From: Gekko japonicus
Lineage: Eukaryota
Direction of reading: 5' to 3'
NCBI RefSeq assembly: GCF_001447785.1
Contig: NW_015162511.1
Coordinates: forward strand, 80,221 to 144,220
DNA length: 64,000 nt
Positions 46,171 through 56,871 of the stretch are shown in pieces. A program made the position numbers and the translations under genes. Position 1 is the first letter of the stretch. The number at the start of each line of letters is the position of its first letter. The notes below the pieces were generated by a model. It worked only from the letters and a program-made list of their open reading frames with translations. It had not been told where the DNA came from and ran no database searches.

Positions 46171-49100
46171 CTTAAGTGGAGGAGAAACATACTGATACCT
46201 AAAAGCCTTCTGGAGGTATCCATTTCACTCCGCCCCCCAGAAAACACTCCTTCCTAGCCCCTCAGCCCCCAACTATTTCCTGTCCAGCATCCCCAGACAG
46301 GGAGTATTACCAGAACCAAAATTATTATTATTATTTATTTAGTATGTTTTGACATCACCCTTCCTCCAAGGAGATCAGGGCAGTGTATATCATGTTGCCC
46401 TTCTCCAGTTTGGAGCCAGTTTGGTGTAGTGGTTATGTGTGCAGACTCTAATCTGGGAGAACCAGGTTTGATTCCCCACTCCTCCACTTGCACCTGGCTG
46501 GATGACCTTGGGCAAGCCGTAGCTCTGACAAGAGCTGTTCTTGAAAAAGAGCAGTTTCTGTCAAGAGCTCTCTCAGCCCCACCTACCTCACAGGGTGTCT
46601 GTTGTGGGGAGGGGAAGGGAAAGGACTTTGTAAGCCTCTCTGAGACACCTTTGGGTAGTGAAGGGCGGGGTATAAATCCAATCTCTTCTCTTCTTCTATC
46701 CTAACAACAACCCTGCGAGGTAAGTTAGGCTGAGCAGGAGCAATTGGTCCAAGATCACCAAGCAAGCTTCCTGGCAGAGCAGGAATTTGAACCTGAGTCT
46801 CCCAGATCACAGGCTGACACTACACCCCACTGGCTAGCAGTCCAAGTTCAGCCCTATGCACAGAGCAGGGGCTGTTGCCCTGAATCTTTACCGATAATTG
46901 TAAACTGTAATGACAGCCATTAAATGCAATCAGTGAGAGGTTGTCCTGCAGGAGAGCAGAAAGCAGGAAGTCCCACCTGCCTTGTACTCTGATCCAGCTG
47001 AACACCAGCCTCCCTCCAGCTTCCAGCTGCCACCATCAGAGGGAGGTCGGGAAGCAAAGAGGCCTCTCTCTGCCATGTCGGAATTCAGCTCCCCACTAAG
47101 AATTCCTCAAGGAATATTGTATTGAATGTTGTAATTTGCATTAAATTTTGAATCCTGTGAGCTGGTTGTGAGCCAACTTTGGACTGGAAAGCAGGATAGA
47201 TAAATTTATTTTTTTTCTATGGAAGTAAATTTTTAAAAACCAGGAAACACCAGTCCAGCTCCTCCTCCTCTACCTTCTCCAAGCCAAGCCAATCAGAACT
47301 AATAAGCCTCTAGCCAGCCACACCTCACCCTAGCTGAGCAAAAGGCTCAGTAAACCAGGGCAGAAGACTGGTGACACAGCTTCAGATTTCCCAGCATGCC
47401 CTGCCAGTCTTGGCCTACATTTCTGCCTAGGAATCATATCTAGGCCTCTTAAAACCCTTGGGATCTTCAAAGAGACTTAAAAGATGCTTGCATGCATGCT
47501 CTCTCTTGCTCGTTCACACAGAGTGGTCACCTTTTTTGTGCTTCTTCACTTCCACCTCCTCGTCTTCTGAAGATTCAGGTGAGCTGGGGGGAGGTGTTTT
47601 GATGCCACATCCTTTTTCCCGGAGGGCTTTGGTTACATCATCAATATCCTCAGAGTCTTTGGGAGGGCGATAGTTAGCCACATGGTCTACACGAATTGTC
47701 CTTCCTTTGATCTGTGAACACAGAATCATAAGTTATGGGAGAAGTGCACATATCAGCTACACGCTCCAGAAGATGCTAAACATTCCTCTCCAGGGTCTCA
47801 GGCAGAGGTCTTTCACAGCACCTCCTACCTGATCCTTTTTAACTGGAGGTGCCAGGGATTGAACCTAGGACCTTCTGCATGCCAAGCAGGTGCTCTACCA
47901 CAGAGTCATAGTCCCTCCCCTGCTCGACATCAAGCATTTTACTGAAATGTTTTACTAACCAGTGCTATTGTAAAGACTCTGGCAGAGGCCTGTAGCTCAG
48001 TAGTAGAATTATTATTATATTTATTAATCGCCCAATCCCTGCTACTGCAGGGCTCTGGACGATGTACAATCCAAATAAAAACATACACTAGATAAAACAA
48101 TTAAAACTGAACAACACATTTTAAAACAGATGGCAAACAAATCAATCCCATTTCAGATTGCTGGTCGCTTCATGTGCAGGGGGAAAGGAGTAAGGCAAAT
48201 GTAGACAGCAGAAGACAGTGCCAGCCAAGATGAAAGATTATGCTTGCTTGGCATGCAAAGGATCTTAGATTCAGTCCCCAATTGAAAATGGGGGGTAGAT
48301 TTCATGTAGCAAAAAAAAAAAGGAATGGATGGTTATTGCCCATCCAACCAGAAAGTACTGGGCTAGAAGAAGCAACAGTCTGACTCATTAAAGGTGCTTT
48401 CATAAATCCTGGCAAGTTCCTCCAACGTCGAAGGGAGACATTCTAAAGTATCTTGGGTAGCAGATGTTCTCATCTGCTTGCCGCCCTGGGCCGTCTGGGT
48501 AGGGCGGGATATAAATCCCAAAATAAAATAAATAAATAAATAAAATAAAGCCCATGGAGAGCTTTTGCCACTCAGAATAGACACCACCAAGCGAAGTGGG
48601 CCAATGGTTCACCAGATGGTGTGAGAGCTTTGTGTGTCCTGTAACTTTGTAACAGGAGACAAGGCCCTTAAGACATGCTGTTTCCACTCTGCTTCAAGCC
48701 CTGGAACACTGCCATAGAGATAACAGCCCTTTTGGCAAACCTTCCCAGGAGGTAAATCTGTTTTAGCAAAATTAAACTACAGTGGCAACTTAAAAAGAGC
48801 AATAAGACTTATTCCAGCATAAGCTTTCCTGTGTCAGACGCATCTGATAAAGTGAGCAGCTGACTCTCAAAACCTTATGCTGGTATATATTTTAAGGTGC
48901 CACTGGGATTTCCGTTTTAACATTTCTCCTCAGGAGGTGCAGGTCTCCTACACTGCCCAATGCTAGTAGGCAATCAGGGTAGGATTCCCTTGCACTGGCT
49001 TTTCTCTCACTGTCAACCATACCTTTATCCCGTTAAAGTTGTCCACAGCAAGAACGGTGCTTCGCTGATCTTCATAGCAAATGAAGCAAAAGCCTTTGGA

Positions 49101-51945
49101 TTTCCCTGTCTTCTTATCACGTACCAGGTTGATGTTCACAATTTCCCCATACCTGCAGGGGAAGTCAAGCAGGTTAAATGCCCTCTCACCAGAAACTCTC
49201 AGAAAATATTCCAAATGCTTCTGCAGCACTCCAGAGCAGAAAATTTTCGGCGAGGGAGCAGGGGCACATGCCCCTGACATGGTGACATCACTAAGAAGTG
49301 ATTGGTCGGCAGGCGTGCTCTCCTTCTCCCTTCCCGTTAGGGGTGGCTCAGGAGCCTCCTGGCGCTGGGAATGGAGAGGGGGAAGGAGAGCCGAAGAGGC
49401 AAGCAGGCAGGCAGGGCAGCAGGTGGCAAGCAGAAAGAGGCGCCCGCTGTCCTGCCTGCCTCCTCAACTCTCCCTCAGCAGCATTGTGGTGGCTGGGATG
49501 GCCGGCCCTGGCACCTCACTGCTTCTGTGCCTGCTAGCCCAGCCATCATGATGCTACTGAGGGAGAGTTGAGGAGGCAGGCAGGCAGGCACGTATCTTTG
49601 CCGATGGGGCTCCCAGGGGGCGGGGGGGTGTCTGGCATCCTCCCAGGGAAGGCTGAAAGTCATCCATGGGAGGCACCACCCTCAAAAGCCCCCCCCCCCG
49701 GCTACAGGCCCGCCATGTAGTTCCCCACAACAGGTAGCTGAGAAGAAAACAATTCTACTTTTGACACTGGGACTATTAATATATTCACCTAGCCCAGCAT
49801 CCTGTTTCAAGTGTGGCCAGCATTCATAAACAAAGCATGCTGAGGACATCTTCTTTTTACTTAATTCATTTGTACCCCACCTTCCTCCCGAATGGGGACC
49901 CAAAGTGGTTTACATGGTTCTCCTCTCCTTCAGTTTATCCTCACAAGAACCCCGTGAAGTACGTTAGGCTGAAAGTGTATGACTGGCCCAACGTCACCCA
50001 GAAAGCTTCCATGGCATGAGCGGAGATCTGAACCTGGGTCTCCCAGATACTAGTCCAGTCCTCAAAACCACTACACCACACATCTGCTTTTCAGAAGTAT
50101 ACTGCCTTCGGCCATGGATGTTCCATGTACCTATCGTGGTTAACAAATCTATCATCTAGTCATCTAACCCTTCTTCAAAGCTAACATCACATGCTAAGAA
50201 CCTAGAATGCGCGCTACCACCATCCAAAAGGAGGCTCTTAACATGATATGTCGGTAGCAGGTTAACGTAGCGACAGCCCACAAAAAGATATCCTTGGCGT
50301 CCACTAGCTAGCTGTGGAACTCTCTTCACCCTGTGATCCAAATGTGGGTCTTCCAGATGCAACTTGGGTCCTTTCTCGGAGGAAACATTTAACAGGGGTG
50401 AATAAAGGATTCCTTTAATGGCTGTTTTATTTGAACATATTTTATTGTCACGGTGTTTGATGACTCTCTAAATAAAAACACTAAAAAGAACAAGGGGCTT
50501 TAGGGACAGAAATCAAAGTATGTATTCCCTGTCAGGACTGTGGCCCAAAGGGCATCAGGACAGAGCTGGATCTATACTTCTCAGCTACCAACATGGGTGA
50601 TGGGGGAGTTCTGAATGGAAGGGAATGTGCTGTCAAATCACAGCTGACCCCACAGGGTTTTCAAGTCAAGATACGAACACAGGTGGTTTAGGTCAAGATG
50701 GGTCGCTGTATTAGTCTATTTGTAGCAGTAGGGGCCGCGGTTTGTAGCTGTTTGTAGGGGCCGTGGTGGCTCAGAGGTTAAGACGTTAAACTGCAGACCG
50801 GAAAGTCTGTAGTTCGGCAGTTCGAGACCTGAGTGCCGCATGACGGAGTGAGCTCCCGTCTCTGGCCCCAGCTCCTGCCAACCTAGCAGTTTGAAAGCAA
50901 GAAATTGCAAGTAGATAAATAGGTACCACTTCGGTGGGAAGGTAACAGCGTTCCGTGCGCCTCGGCGTTTAGTCATGCCGGCCCCATGACCACGGAGAAG
51001 TCTTCAGACAGCGCTGGCTCTTTGGCTTGGAAATGGAGACGACCACTGCCCCCCAGAGTCAGATTTGACTGGCTTTCGAGCCAGGGAAACCTTTACCTTT
51101 ACTAGCACTAGAAAAGAGCAAGAGTCCAGTAGCACCTTAAAGACTAACAAAATTTGTGGCAGGGTCTGAGCTTTCGTGAGTCACTGCTCACTTCTTCAGA
51201 TACCTCTGCATTAGCAACCCTGGACTTCCTCATTGGTCTCCAATCTAAGTACTGACCATGGCTGACCCTGCTTAGCTTCCACAATTGGGCTAGCGTGGGC
51301 CATCCGGGTCAGGGCAAAAAGTTCTACTTACTGTGAAAATACACAGATAATGTCTCCTTCAGTCAACTCATATGGTAAACCCCCTGGAAGAAAAGAGCAG
51401 AGTCTAATAAGTGCATTTTTTTGACACATGATGAGCTACCACCGCTGCAGGGGCTGGCCACCCAATGCCATCTCACTGCTTGACACACACCCACAAACAC
51501 CCATGCGCTGTCACTATACTCAGCATGCCAGGAGACTTTCTCTTGCACACCCAGCTGGGCTTCACGTTCATTCAGCTCATTGATCAGCTTCACTTTGGTC
51601 AGCGGGCTAAGAAAGAGGAACAGAAAACACTCATTTCAGGTATCTTCCTAGCACCTTTCGCCCCTACCTTGCCACATGGCCAGCTTCTAAAGAGAACCAC
51701 TGGGGTCTCAAGCCTACACAGAAGACACGCGCTCAGTTTTGGAAGCCCAGAAACCCCAAACTTAGCCCAAGGGTTCGAAATTAGTTAACTGGGATGAGAA
51801 GGCACTCTGCACACTCTCAGAAGCACTCTTCCGTGTTATCACTTCACACACTCCTAGTGCACACATGGCGTGCGCGCGATAACTCAGAAGCTCGCCTCGC
51901 CCCATCCCTCGACCACCCTCAAGCCCTACCACCAACCTACTTCAT
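45527..51945 (-). CDS. RBMX2: RNA-binding motif protein X-linked 2 (RES complex subunit, Snu17/IST3 orthologue), 6 coding exons, 375 aa
   Basis: Exons 51945-51941 (ATGAA), 51606-51491, 51383-51332, 49152-49023, 47711-47531, 46170-45527. GT-AG introns with consistent phases; total 1128 nt. Protein [17 protein letters not shown]...[72 protein letters not shown] (RRM), then a K-rich and RE/RS-rich tail. Confidence 0.95.
45665..45945 (-). repeat. Coding minisatellite in RBMX2 exon 6
   Basis: Recurrent units such as ctctctgatcctgccagcccctctctcgagaccc, encoding REGSRE(R/K)G..QDQ. Confidence 0.8.
46413..46697 (+). mobile_element. Squam3-like SINE inserted in an older MIR-like SINE
   Basis: Same family; the flanking sequence is a split older CORE SINE. 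Confidence 0.78.
47531..47711 (-). CDS. RBMX2: RBMX2 coding exon 5
   Basis: tcacag acceptor; [11 protein letters not shown]...KKHKK; GTGACC donor. Confidence 0.92.
48778..48910. mobile_element. Degenerate palindromic Penelope-like fragment
   Basis: cagtggcaacttaaa...cagcataagctttc and ccttatgctg...ttaaggtgccactg; decayed hammerhead core. Confidence 0.55.
49023..49152 (-). CDS. RBMX2: RBMX2 coding exon 4
   Basis: ctgcag acceptor; [23 protein letters not shown] (RNP1)...NGIK; GTATGG donor. Confidence 0.93.
50757..51102 (+). mobile_element. Sauria SINE, full length
   Basis: Same family, (ACCTTT)n tail. Confidence 0.85.
51110..51204 (-). mobile_element. Penelope-like terminal fragment with minimal type I hammerhead motif
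   Basis: Minus strand GGTAT-CTGAAGA-A-GTGAG-cagtga-CTCAC-GAAA-GCTC-AGACC. Confidence 0.72.
51205..51316 (-). mobile_element. 5S rRNA-derived SINE fragment in RBMX2 intron 3
   Basis: Reverse of gccctgacccggatggccc...ggaagctaagcagggtcagcc...agtacttagattggagacc. Confidence 0.7.
51332..51383 (-). CDS. RBMX2: RBMX2 coding exon 3
   Basis: ttccag acceptor; [17 protein letters not shown]; GTAAGT donor. Confidence 0.92.
51491..51606 (-). CDS. RBMX2: RBMX2 coding exon 2
   Basis: tcttag acceptor; [15 protein letters not shown]...AWVFV; donor GTGTGT. Confidence 0.92.
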
Positions 51946-52270
51946 ACTGCCGCCTTCACCTTTCGCTATGCGCATGCCCTACGTGTACCAGGAGGCTGTG
52001 CGAACTGACGAGACCACGCCTCTCCCGCATTGGGCGAGCCTCCGGAAGAGAACCAATCCGAATCCATCTTTCTTCAGCCTTTACTTCCCTCCTCCCCGTT
52101 AGGGTTGCGTCTGATTAATAACGGTGCTCTGGCTGAAACGCAATCAGCCATTGGTTGTTGGTCACAAGATGCCGCGCATGCTTAGGGGCATCAACCCTTG
52201 AAGCCCCTTTGAAGCTTTTTTTTTTTGTTTTCTGCCCTCGCTTGTAATGAAAGTCTCGCAGCCGCGTTCC
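51850..52270 (-). promoter_or_regulatory. RBMX2 CpG-island promoter
   Basis: CpG-rich. NRF1-like GCGCATGC at ~51970 and ~52174; ETS-like CCGGAAG ~52042; CCAAT ~52053 and ATTGG ~52150. Confidence 0.7.
51941..51945 (-). CDS. RBMX2: RBMX2 coding exon 1 (ATGAA)
   Basis: ATG AA then GTAGGT donor within the CpG island; completes M-N with exon 2. Confidence 0.8.
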
Positions 52271-54247
52271 AAGTTGGCAAAGGGGATATTGTAGGGAGAG
52301 GAAAGAAAGGCAGGATATGTTGCATTTAGAAAGACCTGAAAGAAAAAGTGTAGGGTTTTTTTGTTTTCTTTTATTTATGTATTTAATTTATTTATTAGTA
52401 TTTTTACCCCGCCCTCCACGCGAGCGGGCTCAGGCACCACCCCTGGTGGCTCAGGGCGGCTTACAAGAGGGCAACAATGCCCACATATGGACGAATACGG
52501 AGCGCTAGCGCAGAAGGCCCTGAATAGTCGTCCCCCTTACATTGCCTTCTGTTAAAGCCTCTCTAAATGCGTAAGAACTCGATCAGTTTTACCCCACTGG
52601 GGCTGGCAAAGTTTTATGCTAGTAAATGACGGCGTAAAAATTAATGTTTAGTTGCAAAACGTGTATTGCTCTATAGAGCAGATGGCCTTCCAGTCCTGTC
52701 CTGGGGGGGGGGGAAGACCCTCAAATTAGGTATAAATACTGAAAGCAAAAGAAATGTGTTTATTTAAATAGTTACATAGCATTTAAATACATAGCACCCC
52801 CCCCAAAAAAAAGAACAACCCGAATTCCATAATCCTCTCCTCCAATCCTCGCCAGTACCATGCAGATCAAAATGGGACATGAATGCAGCTATTCCATCAA
52901 TCAGACGCCTCCATACTCTGCTTTATTTTGGGAGGTTTATTTCTACATCCAACTTTTCTTTGTTCATGATTTGGGAACGGCCTGAATGGGCACCCAGCTT
53001 TAACACTCCTATATGAGGAGAGCATCAAAGAAGCTCCTGCACTGCCTTCTGTACCACTGCTGCCTCATTGCTTATTTCTGGTTTGTGCTGCATGAAGAAA
53101 ATAAAGGTTGTTCTGGTTTGCTCACCAGCCTGTAGCCCTTTAATCACAGCTGTGATGCAGACTCTTGCAAGGTCTGCTCGCCCAGCACACCTCTCATTTC
53201 TTCACAGTCTGAATTACACTGAAATGGTCTACTGACATTTAGTTAAATATATTTACCAATTATGTGAACCTAGCTAGAAAACAAGAAAGATTTCGCAGAG
53301 AGAAAGCCTGAATGCTCTCCCCCATTAGAGCTAGGTCCAGAGCCAACATGTTGTACTGGTTAGAGCACTGGAATGGTATATGGGAGATCCAGGTTCAAAT
53401 TCCTACCTGCCATTGAAGATCACTGACAGAGTGAGAATGCTTTAAGATCCATCTCTTGCTGCCTAATCTACCTCACAGGGTTGTTGTGAACAGAAAATGG
53501 GGGGGAGAACAATATTTTAAGCCACTATAGATCCCCAGTGGAGGAGGAAAGGGGGGGGGTAGAAATATCTGAACAAATAAAGTGATTACAGCTCTTGTAA
53601 GAAAAGACATCTTGCTATTTAGACCCGCAGACAAAAGGACTGTCCCTCCTCCGCCTCACTTAAGAGGGCAGAAGCGTCTTTTGTACCAGACTTGCCTCTC
53701 CAGATACAGGTCATCCAGCTGACGTCTGACAGTTCAGCATCTTATAATATCATAAGCCTTGTTCAACATTTTAACTTTGAAACTGCATTGTGTGTAATTG
53801 CATAATCCACCTTGAGTCTCAGGGAGGAGGCAGACTACCAATGAAGTCAATAGATAAAATTAGCTCCAGGCTCATTCTGCTCCTAGAACATTGCCAGTCG
53901 ACATGGGGAAGTAGCAAGGTGGGAGCAAAAGCAGACAGCCTCAAAGATATTGCTAATTACTTTTCAGTTCTCATGGAGCTGTCACTCATTTCTAAGCTTT
54001 CAGTTCTCCCTGAGAAACAATCACTACATTAGGTTAACCCTGCTTTGGGTCTGCTGCACAAGGACTGAAAGTTGCAAGACTCCCTCCTGAAATTACAAAA
54101 AAGATAAGATAGCCTCTTCTTTTCCTAGTGTGGGCAGCTGGCCTGATCTCTTTGGCTACTGAACTAAAGACTAGGATAGTTTTATGTATTTATTTCGACC
54201 TCAGTAGCTATCAAGGCCAGGTCTGTAACCTATATTTTACAGAAACT

Positions 54248-54634
54248 CAGGGGTCATTTCCTGCAGGAGGGCACAGGAGCGGAGCTCCGGCAGTAAAGAG
54301 CCCAGGGGGCGGGNNNNNNNNNNNNNTGCTCCCAGCAGCCCTCAGTCAGAGCAAGAAGCAGCCAGGTAAGTTGCAGAGCTCCCCCTAACCCAAAACAGTC
54401 CAGTGGCACCTTTAAGACCAAGTTTTATTCAGGTACAAGCTCTCCCTCCTCTGTGTGAGGACAAATCTCCCCTTCCCCCCCCCCCCAATAGCTAGCAATC
54501 CAAAACAGTCCAGTGGAGCCTGAGAGGTGGTTGTTGCCTTCTGACACGCTTCCGGTGATGTCAGGGGGTATGGCATGTGCAAATAAGTCATGCTAATGAG
54601 CTCCTGCACCTCTTTTTCTATGAAATGACCCCCG
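54248..54634 (+). mobile_element. Non-autonomous hAT element (related inverted copy begins at 3568)
   Basis: TIR CAGGGGTCATTTC / GAAATGACCCCCG; perfect TSD cagaaact; carries an internal Penelope-like snippet. Confidence 0.85.
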
Positions 54635-55369
54635 CAGAAACTGAATCCAGAATCCCTCCATAACAGCAAGAGTAATGTAGGGCAAGGAGCAACTGACCAC
54701 AACCTCCAAATGTGTGAGATGGTTCCAGTTGTCCTCAGGTCGGCAGGAAACCTTATCTGGAAGAGCCAAGCTGGCCTTGTGCAACACACTTCAGTAACCC
54801 TGTTGCCTGCTAGCAAATTCATCTTTCAAAAGGGGAGACAAATCCCCAGGGCTGACTCCCTGCACAGTTCCAGTGACCTCTGTGGAAAGGTTCATGTTAA
54901 GCTGCTAAATGACATGGTGCCTTCCTACGCTCATGTCTCCCCTCCCTTCAGTTGACTCCAGTGAGAACAGGAACCATATTATTAATCCAATCCACATTAT
55001 TCTCTTCTCAGAGGTGCTCCAAGGGAGTTTGGTGCTTGAGCAGGACACTCCAAATTGCATTGCAACCTCACTCTCCAGATGAGGAACATCTAATATACTG
55101 GCAGCTTCATGCCTCAAAATATGTTCATTGCAGTGGGCGGCTCCCTCCCCTCCCCTCCCCATACTTTACTAGAGTAACAGGGCAACGGCTCCTCCAGGAA
55201 ACTGTTAACATACAATCTACAGGTTGCATTTGTCAGTAAGCTGACGTGGGTGGTTTAAAAGGCCAGATAACCAGGGGAGTTGTTAAAGTGTACCCTAGCC
55301 CTTACATTGCTGAATCCATGTTCCTGATAAGCGAACACTTCCCTTACCATCTGTGTTCACACACAAAGA

Positions 55370-55800
55370 CCAGCCATCTATGTTCCAAGCTGCTGGCATC
55401 TGACCAGTCTTATTTACCATGGTGAAAAGAGCAGCTAGCGGAGAGGCCCACCACTCTGGGTCAGCTTTCAATACCTCAGGGATTATCACATCTGGGCTAG
55501 GAGCTTTGCCTAATTTTAATTGATCAATAAGAGGTGTTATTTCCTCCGGAGTAACAGGAGGCCACTCCAGGAGACCATCCAGGGGAGAATAAACCAATTG
55601 CATTCCTTTGAAAGAATCCTCATAAAATAAATCAGAAAAGTATTGGAATCATGTTTCAGGCATAATAGCTGATATAAAGGGTATCTCAGAACGAGTAGCA
55701 CCATTAATAATGGCCCAAAACTGCCTGGTATCATTCCGGGTAATAGCACTGAGAAGTTGTTCCCACTGTTTATTAATAAAGGGCAACCTTTTAGTCTTTA
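55370..55800 (-). mobile_element. Degenerate non-LTR retrotransposon fragment (region upstream of RT; clade uncertain)
   Basis: PPVTPEEI..I..LKLGKAPSPDVIIPEVLK...LAALF...TGQMP..W is the typical KAPGPD/G.IP..W region. Confidence 0.7.
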
Positions 55801-55913
55801 TAAGATGATGTAAATAATTTTGGAGTATCTGGTACTACCAGCTATCTATGTTATACTGTGTTGCCCCTTGAACCATCTGGAATACCGACAATACTCCACT
55901 TTTCATTCTGGTT

Positions 55914-56023
55914 CAAGTGGCAGGTCATACGTATCCTAAGTTCCCCTGCAGTGGCAAGCTGGCCATTGATTCCAAGTGGCAGGTCATACATATCCCCTGC
56001 AGTGGCAAGCTGGCCATTGATTT
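55914..56023 (+). repeat. ~51-bp imperfect tandem duplication
   Basis: caagtggcaggtcatac and tcccctgcagtggcaagctggccattgatt each occur twice. Confidence 0.8.
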
Positions 56024-56296
56024 CTTATGTTGTTAAAACAAAGATTCACCATTTTCAATCCCATACTTCTGCAAAATTTAAGGGGGTGTTTTGCCCTCTA
56101 CCAACATTGAGATCACTGAATGTGGCCAGTGGACTCTACTCTATGATGTAGTAAGCAGTGTGGTTAATCCAGTCAGGGAGACTGGAACAACCAAACAGCT
56201 GAGAATGTTGGATAACCGCTCCTTCCCAGCTTGCCTCAAAATGCAAACCTGCAAGGATAAAAGTTACACCCAAACCAGTTGTGAGCCATACAAATT

Positions 56297-56302
56297 TTTA
56301 TT
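56297..56302 (-). terminator. RAB33A polyadenylation signal AATAAA
   Basis: AATAAA ~115 nt after the stop codon. Confidence 0.55.
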
Positions 56303-56415
56303 ATCTTAACATTATCTTAGATTGAGACCAGCAGGGCTCTGTTCAGTTTGTGCAGGCACAAAACCACCTGCCCCACTTCATTAAACGGTCAGGAGTGGAG
56401 ACCTCCGCAAGGAGT

Positions 56416-56871
56416 TCAGCAAGGACAGGAATTTTTGCCACTAGCCTCTGACAAGAGCTGCGTTTTCTGGGCCCTCCCTTGCTGTCTCTCCATGTCCCGA
56501 TAAAGCAGAGACTTCTGGGCCTTCAGCCGACAAGCCAGGCACATGAAAATAGACTCCACGTTCTGGCTCTCTTTGGGGTCCTTGGCCGAGGTTTCAAATA
56601 AAAGCATATTGTGAGCGTCGGCAAACTTCAAGGCCAAACTGGATGGCACCTGGATCTGATCTCGCAAGTCACACTTGTTTCCAACAAGCACCTTTGGGAC
56701 AAGTGCAGGGACGGCGTGGCCGTTGCACTCCTCAATCCAGGTCTTTAGGTTGAGGAAGGACGCCATCTTGGTGACATCATAGACAAACACGACGGCATGC
56801 ACATTGCGGTAGTAGTGCTCTACCATGCTCTTCCGGAACCTCTCCTGGCCAGCTGTGTCCCACACCTGCAC
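56416..56871 (-). CDS. RAB33A: RAB33A coding exon 2
   Basis: ctttag acceptor; WDTAGQE, GNKCD, ETSAK motifs; C-terminal CPC; TGA. Confidence 0.95.
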   Translation of the reverse strand: MQVWDTAGQERFRKSMVEHYYRNVHAVVFVYDVTKMASFLNLKTWIEECNGHAVPALVPKVLVGNKCDLRDQIQVPSSLALKFADAHNMLLFETSAKDPKESQNVESIFMCLACRLKAQKSLLYRDMERQQGRAQKTQLLSEASGKNSCPC

